Notes: generated by a model from the letters alone, not told the origin. A stretch of DNA of 64,000 bases from an uncultured Gemmatimonadaceae bacterium (GCA_964410055.1 CAYPGK010000003.1:2557-66556); one strand, 5' to 3'; counted from the first letter of the stretch, positions 48,320 through 58,290 are shown. Numbers and translations: made by a program.

Positions 48320-48871
48320 ATGCCATCGATAGCGGAAGCGCGGACGCAGATGGAGAAGGCCGTGGAGGCGACGCGGCGGGACTTCTCGACGGTGAGGACG
48401 GGGAAGGCGACGCCGGCGCTGCTGGAAACGGTCCGTGTGGATGCATACGGGAGCAAGCTCCCGTTGAACCAGGTGGGCACGGTGAGCGCGCCCGAGCCGC
48501 GGCTCCTGGTGGTCCAGCCGTGGGACAAGGGGCTCATCGGCGAGATCGAGAAGGCGATCCAGGGCGCCGGTCTCGGGCTGAATCCGTCGAACGACGGGAA
48601 CGTGATCCGGATCCCGGTGCCGGCCTTGACCGAGGAGCGCCGCAAGGAGATGGTGCGAGTGCTGCACAAGATGGCCGAAGAAGGCCGTGTCGCGGTGCGG
48701 CAGGCGCGCCAGGAAGCGAACAAGGAGATCAAGCGGCTCCAGCAGGATCACGAGCTGAGCGAGGACGAAGCCCGTCGGCAGATGGATGAGATCCAGAAGC
48801 TGACGGACGAGTACGTGGGTCGGATCGACAAGCTCCTCGAGTCCAAGGAGCGGGAGGTCATGGAGGTCTGA
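48320..48871 (+). CDS. frr: ribosome recycling factor
   Basis: ATG at 48320 after GGGAGAGG. FSTVRTGKATPALLETVRVDAYGS...IRIPVPALTEERRKE. Confidence 0.95.
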   Translation: MPSIAEARTQMEKAVEATRRDFSTVRTGKATPALLETVRVDAYGSKLPLNQVGTVSAPEPRLLVVQPWDKGLIGEIEKAIQGAGLGLNPSNDGNVIRIPVPALTEERRKEMVRVLHKMAEEGRVAVRQARQEANKEIKRLQQDHELSEDEARRQMDEIQKLTDEYVGRIDKLLESKEREVMEV

Positions 48872-48879
48872 TCTGCGGC

Positions 48880-49623
48880 ATGAGCGCCGATCCGTTAGAG
48901 CGAATCCGGCTGGGCGGCGCGGTTCCCGCGCACGTCGCGATCATCATGGATGGCAATGGCCGTTGGGCGCGAGCCCGCGGCCTGCCTCGTTATCGTGGTC
49001 ACATGGCCGGGATGGCGTCGGTCCGGGATGTGGTCGAGGGAGCGATCGAGGCCGGCATCCAGGTGCTGACGCTGTACGCCTTTTCCAAGGAGAATTGGAA
49101 CCGGCCGCGACGTGAGGTCGCCGCGCTCATGCGGCTGCTCAGGCTCTACCTGATCCGGGAGCGGGCCGAGCTCCGTGAGCAGGGCGTCGAGGTCCGCGTG
49201 CTGGGCGAGCTGGATCGGCTGCCGCCGAGTGCGCGCGCCGCGGTCGCCGCCGCGGAAGATGCGACGCGGGGCGGACGCGTGCTTCGGCTGAACCTCATGG
49301 TCAGCTACAGCGGTCGTGCGGAGCTGGTTCGGGCGTTCCGCCGACTGGCCGAGCGGTTGGAGGCGGGCGCGCTTTCGGCGGACGCGGTCGACGAGGAAGC
49401 GGTCGCCGCAGAGCTTTACACGGCGGGCCTCTCCGACCCGGATCTGCTGGTTCGGACATCGGGCGAGCAGCGGATCAGCAATTTCCTCCTCTGGCAACTC
49501 GCCTACACTGAACTCTACCTTTCGCCCGTGCTCTGGCCCGATTTCCGGCGGGAGCACCTCTTTGCCGCAATCGAGGAGTACCAGAAGCGAGAGCGGCGTT
49601 TCGGGCGCGTGTCGACAGTCTGA
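48880..49623 (+). CDS. uppS: isoprenyl transferase (undecaprenyl diphosphate synthase)
   Basis: HVAIIMDGNGRWA, TLYAFSKENWNRP and RTSGEQRISNFLLWQ. Confidence 0.93.
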   Translation: MSADPLERIRLGGAVPAHVAIIMDGNGRWARARGLPRYRGHMAGMASVRDVVEGAIEAGIQVLTLYAFSKENWNRPRREVAALMRLLRLYLIRERAELREQGVEVRVLGELDRLPPSARAAVAAAEDATRGGRVLRLNLMVSYSGRAELVRAFRRLAERLEAGALSADAVDEEAVAAELYTAGLSDPDLLVRTSGEQRISNFLLWQLAYTELYLSPVLWPDFRREHLFAAIEEYQKRERRFGRVSTV

Positions 49624-49628
49624 GGACC

Positions 49629-50546
49629 ATGCCGAAAAGCGAGCTGGGCCAGCGAGTGGCGGTTGCGGCCATCGGGATCCCGGTGGCCGTCGCGGCGATG
49701 GTGGCCGGCGGTTGGTACCTGGGCGTACTCCTCGCCGCGGTCGCGTTGGGGTGCGCGCTGGAGCTGTTCCGCCTTGCCGGGCGCGGCGGCGTTCGCCCGC
49801 TCGTCGTCCCTGGGACGGCCCTGGCCGCCGGAGCGGTCCTGGTTGCTGCTGCGACGCGTTCGGCCGAGGGTGCGGCGCTTCCACTGTTCGCCGGCTCCGG
49901 CGCGATCATGCTGCTGACGATCGGGGCGGCGGTGTGGGCGCGGGGCGTGGAAGGGCGCCCTCTCACGTCGGTCGCGACGACGGTGCTCGGCGGAATCTTC
50001 CCGGGCTGGACGCTCGCGCACGCGATCTTCCTGCGCCACGAGTTCACGGCCGCACACGACGCGGCGTCGTACGGCGCGCCGGGCATCCTCGCGACGGAGG
50101 CTTGGGCGGGCGCGGCGCTCGTCGTCTACGCCGTCGGGCTCACGTGGATCAACGATTCGTTCGCCTACTTTGCGGGCCGCCAGTGGGGCCGTCGCAAGCT
50201 GATCCCCAGCGTGAGCCCGGGGAAGACGGTGGTCGGCGCCGTGGCCGGGTTGATCGGTGCGGTGATCGTGGGCGCCCTGTACGGGACGTTCGTGCTCGAC
50301 GGGTGGTACGGGTTCGGGATGGGGTGGGCGGCAGGCGCGGCAGGCGGGCTGCTGATCGGCGCCGTTGCTCAGGTGGGTGACCTTTCTGAGTCGGTGTTCA
50401 AGCGGGAGGCCGGGGTCAAGGACTCGGGGAACGTGTTCCCCGGCCACGGCGGGTTCCTGGACCGGTTGGACGCGCTGTTCTTTGCGATCCCCGTGGCGTA
50501 CTGGTATCTCGCGATGGTGCTGGATTCGGGTGGAGGATTGCCTTGA
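49629..50546 (+). CDS. cdsA: phosphatidate cytidylyltransferase
   Basis: Polytopic membrane protein with the CdsA signature SVFKREAGVKDSGNVFPGHGGFLDRLD. Confidence 0.88.
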   Translation: MPKSELGQRVAVAAIGIPVAVAAMVAGGWYLGVLLAAVALGCALELFRLAGRGGVRPLVVPGTALAAGAVLVAAATRSAEGAALPLFAGSGAIMLLTIGAAVWARGVEGRPLTSVATTVLGGIFPGWTLAHAIFLRHEFTAAHDAASYGAPGILATEAWAGAALVVYAVGLTWINDSFAYFAGRQWGRRKLIPSVSPGKTVVGAVAGLIGAVIVGALYGTFVLDGWYGFGMGWAAGAAGGLLIGAVAQVGDLSESVFKREAGVKDSGNVFPGHGGFLDRLDALFFAIPVAYWYLAMVLDSGGGLP

Positions 50547-51688
50547 GCATCGGGGTGGCCATCCTGGGTTCGACCGGCTCGATCGGCCGGAGCGCGCTCG
50601 CGGTACTGGACCGGCATCCGGACCGGTTCCACGTCGTCGCGCTGACGGCGCACCGGAGCGGCGAGGAACTCGCGCGGCAGGTGGAGCGGTACAGACCGAA
50701 GCTCGCGGTGCTGGTCGAGAACGGCGCGGGCGAATTCCCGGCCGACGGGACTCGCTGGCGCACGGGCCGGGAGGCGCTGCAGGAGGTGGCCGCGCACCCG
50801 GACGTCGACGTGGTCATCAACGCGGTGGTCGGGGCGGCGGGGTTGGAGGCGACGCTCGCCGCACTGCATGCCGGGAAGCGGCTCGCGCTGGCGAACAAGG
50901 AGTCGCTCGTCGCCGGCGGCCCGCTGGTGCTGGAGGCGGTGCGTCGGGGCGGCGGCGAGCTGGTCCCGATCGACAGCGAGCACAGCGCGATCCTGCAGTG
51001 CCTGGCAGGCTCGGATCGAGGCGCGGTGCGGTCGCTCGTACTGACGGCCTCGGGTGGGCCGTTCCGGAGCTGGACGGCGGAGCAGCTCGAGCGGGCGACG
51101 CCGGAGCAGGCGCTGCGCCACCCCACCTGGGAGATGGGCGCCAAGATCACGATCGACTCGGCCACGCTGGCAAACAAGGCGCTGGAGGTGATCGAGGCGC
51201 ACTTTCTCTTCGGTGTGGAGTACGACCGCATCGACGTCGTGGTCCATCCGCAGTCGATCATCCATTCGATGGTCGAATTCGTCGACGGGTCGGTGCTCGC
51301 GCAGATGGGGTTCCCATCGATGGAGCTCCCGATCCTCTACGCGTTGACGTATCCGGAACGGATCCACGACCCGGGAACGCGGTTCGACGCCGTGAAGGCG
51401 GGTTCGCTGACCTTCGAGGCCCTGGACACGGTACGCTTTCCTGCGTTCCGCCTGGGGGTCGAGGCGGGGCGCTACGGCGGCGTTGCGCCGGCGGTCTACA
51501 ACGCCGCAAACGAGGTCGCGGTAGCTGCGTTCCTGGCCGGAGACTTGCCGTTTCCCCGCATTGCGGAGCTTATCGAGCGGGTCCTCTCGGAGCACGAGGC
51601 CCGGCCCGCCGACTCGCTTGAAACGGTGCTGGATGCGGACCGTGAGGCCCGATCGATTGCCCGCAGAATCCTGGAGCACGGATGCTGA
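50543..51688 (+). CDS. dxr: 1-deoxy-D-xylulose-5-phosphate reductoisomerase
   Basis: TTG start overlapping the cdsA stop (TTGA). ILGSTGSIG, LANKESLV, IDSEHSA and HPTWEMG are present. Confidence 0.95.
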   Translation: MSIGVAILGSTGSIGRSALAVLDRHPDRFHVVALTAHRSGEELARQVERYRPKLAVLVENGAGEFPADGTRWRTGREALQEVAAHPDVDVVINAVVGAAGLEATLAALHAGKRLALANKESLVAGGPLVLEAVRRGGGELVPIDSEHSAILQCLAGSDRGAVRSLVLTASGGPFRSWTAEQLERATPEQALRHPTWEMGAKITIDSATLANKALEVIEAHFLFGVEYDRIDVVVHPQSIIHSMVEFVDGSVLAQMGFPSMELPILYALTYPERIHDPGTRFDAVKAGSLTFEALDTVRFPAFRLGVEAGRYGGVAPAVYNAANEVAVAAFLAGDLPFPRIAELIERVLSEHEARPADSLETVLDADREARSIARRILEHGC

Positions 51689-53082
51689 CCACCATAATCG
51701 CGACCATCATCGTCCTCGGCGTGCTGATCTTCATCCACGAGCTCGGCCACTTCGTGACGGCCAAGCTCGTGGACATCGAGGTGCCGCGCTTCTCGATCGG
51801 GCTCGGCCCCAAGATGATCGGATTCCGGCGCGGGGAGACGGAGTACGTGATCTCCTGGCTCCCGCTCGGCGGCTATGTGAAGATGGCCGGGATGGAGGAG
51901 ATGGAGGCGATCGAGGGTGGCCCCGCGCCGAAGGAGAACGCCACCGGCATCGCGGGCGCGTCCGACATGGGGCTGCTCCAGGAGACCGACGGCAAGGATC
52001 GTCCGGGGCCGCGCGACTTCGAGTCGAAATCCCTCCCCGCGCGGGCGATGGTCATCTCGGCCGGCGTGATCATGAACTTCCTCTTCGCGATCGTGGTCTT
52101 CGCGATGAGCGCGCTGGTCTGGGGAATCGAACAGGCGCCCGAGGCGCGCATGCCCGCGCTGGAGGCGACCGAACTGCCGGCCGGGACGGAGGCGCTTGCG
52201 AGCGTGCCCGCCGGCGTGCGCGTGGTCTCCTTCGATGGGAAGCGGATCGACGACTGGAGCGACCTCCAGATGGCGGTGCTGACCGCGGGCGCGGGCCCGA
52301 CGACGGTCGACTTCGACGGCGCGTCGCCGGTCACGATCGAGATCCCGGCGAACGACACGGCGAAGGCGCTGCTCGCCGCGCAGCTCGGCCCGGTCCACGA
52401 GCCGGTCATCGGCGACGTCGTCTCCGGACAGCCCGCGGCGGAAGCCGGGATCCGTCCGGGGGACCGCGTCCTCATAGCGGGCGGGGAGCCGATCGACGAC
52501 TGGCGCGAGCTCGTCTCCATCATCCAGGCTCACCCGAACCAGCCGCTGGATCTCGAGATCGAGCGAGAGGGCGAGCGGGCCACGATCCGTGTGGTACCCA
52601 CCACACAGACCGTGCAGGGGCCTGAAGGCGAGAAGGTGATCGGGCTGATCGGCGCGCTCCCGCAGATCGAGGTAGACCGCCCCGGTGTCCTCGGCGCCAT
52701 CGGGCACGGCTTCACGAGGACCGGAGAAGTCATCGCGCTGATCCTCGGCTTCCTGCGCGACCTCTTCACGGGCGATGCCTCGCCGCGATCCCTGGGCGGC
52801 CCGATCCTGATCGGCCAGTTGAGCGGCCAGGTCGCCCGGCTCGGGATCCAGGCGTTCCTGGACTTCATGGCGCTCTTCTCGGTCAACCTGGCGGTGCTGA
52901 ACCTGCTGCCGATCCCCGTGCTCGATGGCGGCCACCTGGTGTTCCTGGCGGTCGAGGCGGTGCGAGGGCGGGCGCTCTCCCTCGAGCAGCGGATGCGGTT
53001 CACTCAGGTGGGTTTCGTGATCGTGCTGGCGATCATGGTCTGGGCGCTCGCCAACGACTTTCTGCGGTTGTTCGGGCTCTAG
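51682..53082 (+). CDS. rseP: RIP site-2 zinc metalloprotease RseP
   Basis: HELGHF, PDZ domain(s) and NLLPIPVLDGG. Conserved position after dxr. Confidence 0.92.
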   Translation: MLTTIIATIIVLGVLIFIHELGHFVTAKLVDIEVPRFSIGLGPKMIGFRRGETEYVISWLPLGGYVKMAGMEEMEAIEGGPAPKENATGIAGASDMGLLQETDGKDRPGPRDFESKSLPARAMVISAGVIMNFLFAIVVFAMSALVWGIEQAPEARMPALEATELPAGTEALASVPAGVRVVSFDGKRIDDWSDLQMAVLTAGAGPTTVDFDGASPVTIEIPANDTAKALLAAQLGPVHEPVIGDVVSGQPAAEAGIRPGDRVLIAGGEPIDDWRELVSIIQAHPNQPLDLEIEREGERATIRVVPTTQTVQGPEGEKVIGLIGALPQIEVDRPGVLGAIGHGFTRTGEVIALILGFLRDLFTGDASPRSLGGPILIGQLSGQVARLGIQAFLDFMALFSVNLAVLNLLPIPVLDGGHLVFLAVEAVRGRALSLEQRMRFTQVGFVIVLAIMVWALANDFLRLFGL

Positions 53083-53146
53083 CCCGGGCGCGCCGACGGG
53101 CGGCGGACGCTCGCCCCCGTCAGGGGCGCCGTGCCCCAGACCCTCG

Positions 53147-53968
53147 TCAGAGCAGCGTGAGCTGCGCGGGCTCCCGGGCCCGGCGCAGCTCATTTGCATC
53201 GATCGGGTCGAGCGGCCGGTCCTGCCCGGCCACGACGAGCTGGCCGGCGTAGCCCAGCGCGTCGAGCGCCTCGCCGACCACGTCCTTCGCGAGCGCGCCG
53301 TCATTGCAGTGCTCGCTCAGGTGCGCGAGCACGACGGCGCCGAGGCCGGGATGGAATAGCTCCCGCACGAGCTCTGCGGCGGCGTTGTTGGAGAGGTGTC
53401 CGTGACTGGACGCGATGCGCTGCTTGACGGACCACGGGTACGGGCCGTTCCAGAGCATCGCCTCGTCGTGATTGGCCTCGAGGACGAGGACGTCGCAGCC
53501 GGAGAGCGCGTGGCGGACGGCGGCGGTCGGCCGGCCGAGATCCGTCGCGATGCCGAGCTTGAGCCCGCTCTCGACGTCGCGGAGCGTGACCGCCACGGGG
53601 TCCGCGGCATCGTGGACGGTCAGGAACGGCTGCACCTCGAGCGCGCCCACGCGGAACGGCTCTGCCGACGCGTATTCGACCACGCGTTCCTTGCCATTCA
53701 GGAGCTTCGCGCACGCGGCGCGCGTGATCGGCGTGAGGTAGAGCGGCAGGTCGAAGCGGCGGGCCAGGATGCCCATGCCGCGCGTGTGGTCGCCGTGGTC
53801 GTGGGTGATGACGATCCCATCGATCGATGCGGCGTCTACGCCGACCGCTTCCAGGCGCCGCTCGATGTCCTTTCCCGTGAAGCCGGCATCGATCAGGATG
53901 CGGGTGCCGCCGGCCTCGACGAGCGTCGAGTTGCCACCGCTCCCGCTGCCGAGGACCGTGATCCTCAC
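53147..53968 (-). CDS. MBL-fold metallo-hydrolase
   Basis: GTG at 53968 after GGAGG. VLGSGSGGN...ILIDAG and ITHDHGDHTRG (HxHxDH) are present. 4-nt overlap with the patatin gene. Confidence 0.85.
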   Translation of the reverse strand: MRITVLGSGSGGNSTLVEAGGTRILIDAGFTGKDIERRLEAVGVDAASIDGIVITHDHGDHTRGMGILARRFDLPLYLTPITRAACAKLLNGKERVVEYASAEPFRVGALEVQPFLTVHDAADPVAVTLRDVESGLKLGIATDLGRPTAAVRHALSGCDVLVLEANHDEAMLWNGPYPWSVKQRIASSHGHLSNNAAAELVRELFHPGLGAVVLAHLSEHCNDGALAKDVVGEALDALGYAGQLVVAGQDRPLDPIDANELRRAREPAQLTLL

Positions 53969-54825
53969 GGCGCCTCCCCTGCCACCACCGTCGCGGGCCC
54001 GGAAACGGATTCTGCCTGGAGGAGCGCGCGCAGGCGCGGCATCGCCTGCCGCGCCGCGACCTCGCCGGCCATGATCAGCTCCTTCGCCCGGCCGAGCTGA
54101 TCGTACCCGATGTCTCCGATGTCGGGCGCGATGAGCACGTCCGCGTCGCTGCTCGCGAGCCGAGCCGCCGTGCGGCCGACCGTGTAGAAGGCGTGGGTTA
54201 CGATCTCGATCATGTTGCTCGGCGGTTGCGGGCGCCTGTACGACAGATTCACGTCCACCGCGACCACGACCTCCACACCGAAGAGCCGGGCGATCGACGT
54301 CGGCACGTTGGCGGTCACGCCGCCGTCGACGAGGAGCATGCCGTCCCGTTCGACGGGCACGATGAGTCCGGGGATCGCGCAGCTCGCGCGGACCGCGCTC
54401 GCCAGATCGCCCTCGCACAGGATCACCGGCTCGGCCGTGGCCAGGTCCGTGGCCATACACGCCAAGGGGATCGCGAGTTCTTCGAAGGTGGAAACCGGAA
54501 GCGCCCGGGCGAGGAGCTCGCCCATGCGCTCGTTCGACATGAGCCCGAGCCGGCTGACGATCGGGCGGGCGAGGAGCGGCCAGCGAAGCGACTCGCCCCA
54601 GACCGCGGCCCGGTCGGCGGAGACGCCCGCGGCCAGGAACGCGCCGGCGAGCGCGCCCGCACTCGTGCCGACGATCTGGTCGGGCGTCAGTCCTTCCCGC
54701 TCGAGGACGCGCATGACGCCCACATGCGCGATCCCCCGCGCGGCGCCGCCGCCGAGCACGAGCGCCCACCGCCGCCTCGCGGGAAGCGCTCCGCCACTCA
54801 CGATCCGTTCCGGGATCGCTGCCAT
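53965..54825 (-). CDS. patatin-like phospholipase (RssA-like)
   Basis: Oxyanion LGGGAARG, nucleophile GTSAG and the catalytic Asp in LVDGGV. The start is ATG 54825, or GTG 54801 forming GTGA with the upstream stop. Confidence 0.85.
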   Translation of the reverse strand: MAAIPERIVSGGALPARRRWALVLGGGAARGIAHVGVMRVLEREGLTPDQIVGTSAGALAGAFLAAGVSADRAAVWGESLRWPLLARPIVSRLGLMSNERMGELLARALPVSTFEELAIPLACMATDLATAEPVILCEGDLASAVRASCAIPGLIVPVERDGMLLVDGGVTANVPTSIARLFGVEVVVAVDVNLSYRRPQPPSNMIEIVTHAFYTVGRTAARLASSDADVLIAPDIGDIGYDQLGRAKELIMAGEVAARQAMPRLRALLQAESVSGPATVVAGEAP

Positions 54826-56024
54826 GCACGCCGCAGCATCTCGCGCTGCCCGTCGCCGAGTGGGATGTTCCGTCTGCCCATGACCATCTCCGCCGATTCG
54901 AGGAACCGTTCGACTTCGTACACCGCGGAAGGGTCGTTGCCGCCCCAGGCGAAAGGCGGGACGTAGCGCGGCGGGATCCCTCCTCCGAACAGGTTCGACC
55001 CGGCGCCCACGACGGTTCCCGTATTCAGAAGCGTGCCAATCGCGGTCTTGACGTGGTCGCCGATGAAGCAGCCCAGCTTGATCTCGCCGGTGTCGACCTC
55101 GCCCGTCGGCGTCCAGATGCGGATGCTGCCGTAGTTGTTCTTCAGGTCGCTGTTGGTGGTGAGCGCGCCGAGATTGACCCAACAGCCCAGGTACGAATGG
55201 CCGAGGAAGCCGTCGTGCGCCTTGTTCGAGTAGCCGAGGATGACGCTCTCCTCGACTTCGCCGTGAACCTTGCAGACGGGACCGATCGAGACGGCGGCGA
55301 GCGGGCCGCCGAGGACGGCGGAGCCGCGTCCGATGTAGGAGGGCCCGGCGACCTTGGAGAACGCGGCGACGGACGCGCCGTCGTCGAGCCAGACGGGGCC
55401 GTGGCGCAGGTCGATCACGGCGCCCGGCTCGATTTCCGCGCCCGCGCCGAGGATCAGCGGCGCATCGCCGACGACGTGGACGCCGGCCGGAAGCTCGGGG
55501 CGTCCGGCATCGGGGAATAGCGCGACAATGTCGTTTGCGACCTGCTCCGCGTTCCGCGTGACGAGGTGCCAGATCCGCTCGAGGACGAAGCCCTCGACGT
55601 CGATTTCAGGTGCGGGCGGGGCATGGCGCGCAGGGTCGTCGAAGAATTCTGCCGACGGCGCGGTCGAGCCCGCGGGCGCGAACCACCCGGCCGCCTCGCC
55701 GCCGACGCGGATGAGTGCGGGGTGGTCGGGGAACTGGATCGGCGCCGCGGACCACGCCGGCACCGCTCTCGACGAGAGGTAGACGACGTCGCGGTCCGCC
55801 GGGATGCCGGTCGGCGGTAGCACCGGGCGCGCGTCCGGCTCCTCGAATCCGTGTAGATCCTCACCCGCGAGATGGCCGATGCATTCGGCGCCGAAGATGC
55901 GCTGCGCCCGCTCGCGCAGCGTCAGCGCACCGAAGCGCAGCTCGCCGGCCGGGCGAGTCAGCACGAAGGGGTGCCACTCCCGGGCGGCACGGTCATCGAA
56001 GAGGACGAGGCACGGGCCTGCCAT
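54798..56024 (-). CDS. putative sugar nucleotidyltransferase/acyltransferase with left-handed beta-helix (GlmU-like architecture)
   Basis: ATG at 56024. The N-terminal region is LVLFDD...LTRPAGELRFGALTL. The C-terminal half has hexapeptide repeats (IGRGSAVLGG..IGPVCKVHGEVEESVILGYSN..IGDHVKTAIGTLLNTGTVVGAGSN). Confidence 0.65.
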   Translation of the reverse strand: MAGPCLVLFDDRAAREWHPFVLTRPAGELRFGALTLRERAQRIFGAECIGHLAGEDLHGFEEPDARPVLPPTGIPADRDVVYLSSRAVPAWSAAPIQFPDHPALIRVGGEAAGWFAPAGSTAPSAEFFDDPARHAPPAPEIDVEGFVLERIWHLVTRNAEQVANDIVALFPDAGRPELPAGVHVVGDAPLILGAGAEIEPGAVIDLRHGPVWLDDGASVAAFSKVAGPSYIGRGSAVLGGPLAAVSIGPVCKVHGEVEESVILGYSNKAHDGFLGHSYLGCWVNLGALTTNSDLKNNYGSIRIWTPTGEVDTGEIKLGCFIGDHVKTAIGTLLNTGTVVGAGSNLFGGGIPPRYVPPFAWGGNDPSAVYEVERFLESAEMVMGRRNIPLGDGQREMLRRAWQRSRNGS

Positions 56025-56026
56025 TC

Positions 56027-57106
56027 TCACCGCTCCAATTGCCGGATCCGCTCCGGCACCTGCTTCAACATTTCCTTCAGGTCGGCCGTGCGCTCGCGTG
56101 GCGCGACGAAGGTCACGCCGCCGCTGCGCACCACGACGAGGTCGCTCGCGCCGAAGACGACGATGCCGCCCTCGTCCGACCACGCGATGCAGTCGTCACA
56201 GTCGATCAAGTGGGCATCGCCGACGGCGACGTTGCCACGCTCATCCTTCTCACGCGTGCGGCCGACGGCGTCCCAGGTACCCACGTCGTCCCAACGGAAC
56301 CGTGCCCGGGCCACGCCGACGGCGTCGCTGCGCTCGAGGAGACCCTCGTCGATCGTGAGGTTGGGCGCGGCCTCGAAGAATCCCTGTACGTCGCCGGCAT
56401 CGAGGAGCGAAAGGTGCCGCGCGAGCTCGGGCGTGTGGCGCCGGAGCTCGTCGAGGAGCGTCGCGGCGCGCCAGATGAAGATACCGGTGTTCCAGACGTA
56501 CCCGCCGCGGTGGATGTACTCGAGCGCGGTGTCGCGGTCGGGCTTTTCCACGAACTCGGCCACTTCGTAGGCGTCGAGGGCCGGGCCGAGCGCGTCGCCT
56601 ACACGGATGTAGCCGTACCCGGTCTCGGGGCGCGTGGGTTCCACGCCGATCGTGAAGAGCCGCTCGCGTTCGGCAGCGAGACGGCCGATCACCTCGAGCT
56701 GCTCACGGAAGACGGCGGCTGGCTCGATCACGTGGTCCGCGTGGAGCGAGATCATGACGGCCTCTGGGTCGCGTCGCGCGATCTCGTGCGCCGCCCACGC
56801 CAGCACCGGCGCCGTGCCTTTTGCCTGCGGCTCGAGGAGCAGGTTGTCGTGCACAAGGTCGGGCGCCGCCGCCAGGATCGGCTCGGCCAGCGCCTCGCCG
56901 GTCAGGATCCTGACGCGGGGCAGGGGAACGAGCGGCGCGATCCGCTCCACCGTGTCCGTGATCAGGGGCCGGTCACTCCCCAGCGGCAGGAGCTGCTTGG
57001 GCCGATCCGGCGTGGAAACGGGCCAGAATCGCGACCCTACGCCGCCGGCCAGGACCACGGCCCACAGCGATGGGCTACGATTCGAGGAGTTCTTCGATCC
57101 GGGCAA
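56027..57106 (-). CDS. manC: mannose-1-phosphate guanylyltransferase-type sugar nucleotidyltransferase
   Basis: VVLAGGVGSRFWPVS...KQLLPL is the NTP-transferase G-loop. TTG at 57106 overlaps the receiver gene by 32 nt; the alternative GTG at 57058 would remove the overlap. Confidence 0.82.
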   Translation of the reverse strand: MPGSKNSSNRSPSLWAVVLAGGVGSRFWPVSTPDRPKQLLPLGSDRPLITDTVERIAPLVPLPRVRILTGEALAEPILAAAPDLVHDNLLLEPQAKGTAPVLAWAAHEIARRDPEAVMISLHADHVIEPAAVFREQLEVIGRLAAERERLFTIGVEPTRPETGYGYIRVGDALGPALDAYEVAEFVEKPDRDTALEYIHRGGYVWNTGIFIWRAATLLDELRRHTPELARHLSLLDAGDVQGFFEAAPNLTIDEGLLERSDAVGVARARFRWDDVGTWDAVGRTREKDERGNVAVGDAHLIDCDDCIAWSDEGGIVVFGASDLVVVRSGGVTFVAPRERTADLKEMLKQVPERIRQLER

Positions 57107-57467
57107 GGAGTCTCTTCGGGCTGAAAGGTTTGGTCAGGAAGTCCGTTGCGCCGAGGCGCGCGGCCTCCTGTCTGTCCGTGTCCTGGCCCTTGGCCGTGAG
57201 CATGATCACGGGCGTGTTCCGCCGGTGAGGCATGTCGCGGAGCCGGGCGAGGAGGTCCAGGCCGCTGCCATCGGGCATCATGATGTCCAGGAGCACGAGG
57301 TCCAGCGGCGCATCGGAGCAGAGCCGTTCGAGCGCGCTTCGGCCGTCCGTGGCCGTTTCAACGGCGAAGTCCGCGTGTTCGAGCTTGAGCTGGACGATCC
57401 GGCCGATGTGCGGCTCGTCATCCACGACGAGTACGCGGCGTTGGGTCGGACGCGTCTCGGCTGGCAT
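57075..57467 (-). CDS. single-domain response regulator (CheY-like receiver)
   Basis: VLVVDDE, phospho-acceptor context LVLLDIMMPDGSG, then LTAKG and LTKPF. Confidence 0.9.
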   Translation of the reverse strand: MPAETRPTQRRVLVVDDEPHIGRIVQLKLEHADFAVETATDGRSALERLCSDAPLDLVLLDIMMPDGSGLDLLARLRDMPHRRNTPVIMLTAKGQDTDRQEAARLGATDFLTKPFSPKRLLARIEELLES

Positions 57468-57656
57468 CGTTAGGCGCGTGGGCGGTCAGGTCGTGTGATT
57501 CGCGGACCGCAGACCCCGGTGCGAATTCCATGCCCGATACGGCCAGGGCTCGAGGCGCGGACGGACCGGCTCCCGTAGCCGCGCTAGGGTAGGCCGGCGG
57601 TGCGGGAAAGTCAAGCGAGATCGCGGAACATCGCGGCGGGTGGGCGCCTGCCGGGC

Positions 57657-57685
57657 TTGACACTCCCCGGGCGTGCCACTAGTGT
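57657..57685 (+). promoter_or_regulatory. candidate sigma-70-type promoter for lipoprotein-serS unit
   Basis: TTGACA (57657-57662), a 17-nt spacer, then TAGTGT (57680-57685), 45 nt upstream of the GTG at 57730. Confidence 0.35.
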
Positions 57686-57729
57686 TCCGTCTCTAAACGA
57701 CTTACGGACCTTCGGCTGCGAGCGGCGAC

Positions 57730-58290
57730 GTGCGAAAACTGCCGTTGATGCTACTCCTGATCGCGCCCGCCCTGGTCGGCTGCGATGATCCATTCGAACC
57801 CTTGCCCTGGAACGACGCGCCGACCGACATTCGGATCTGGTCGATCAGCCGGGCCGAACTGATCGGACTGCCGTCGGCATTCGATTTCGTGGAGTTTCAG
57901 CGGGCCATCGTCGAAAACCCATCCATGTCGATGTCGTGGGACGTGGCCCTGACCGACGTGCCGGGCGGGCTGGCCTTCTCGCCCGCGGGTGCTTTTCCCG
58001 ACATCGCTGCGGACGTCGGCATCGCGGTCATCACCGACGTGTCGTTCGAGGAGCTCCGGGAGGCGCCGCGCAATTCTGAGGCGTACGTCACCGACGCGCC
58101 GGTCCCGCTCACCGAGGGCGGCGTCTACGTCGTGCGGAGCCGACGGGCGATCTGTGGCTTCACCAGCGCGCCGAGGTTTGCCAAGGTGCAGATCACGGAG
58201 CTGGATCTCGAGGAGGGGAGCGCGCTCTTCAAGGTGGTCCGCAATCCCAACTGCAACGACCGTTCGTTCGTATCGCCGGAAGACGACTGA
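57730..58290 (+). CDS. hypothetical lipoprotein
   Basis: GTG start. Signal peptide and lipobox MRKLPLMLLLIAPALVGC. No family recognised. Its stop overlaps the serS ATG (TGATG). Confidence 0.6.
   Translation: MRKLPLMLLLIAPALVGCDDPFEPLPWNDAPTDIRIWSISRAELIGLPSAFDFVEFQRAIVENPSMSMSWDVALTDVPGGLAFSPAGAFPDIAADVGIAVITDVSFEELREAPRNSEAYVTDAPVPLTEGGVYVVRSRRAICGFTSAPRFAKVQITELDLEEGSALFKVVRNPNCNDRSFVSPEDD

Noticed and set aside
53147-57106. Patatin plus nucleotidyltransferase neighbourhood as a possible CBASS-like anti-phage system.
   Set aside because: The nucleotidyltransferases are sugar-1-phosphate (ManC/GlmU-like) enzymes, not CD-NTase/Pol-beta folds. The patatin is a short RssA-like housekeeping type. 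No other defence hallmarks are present.
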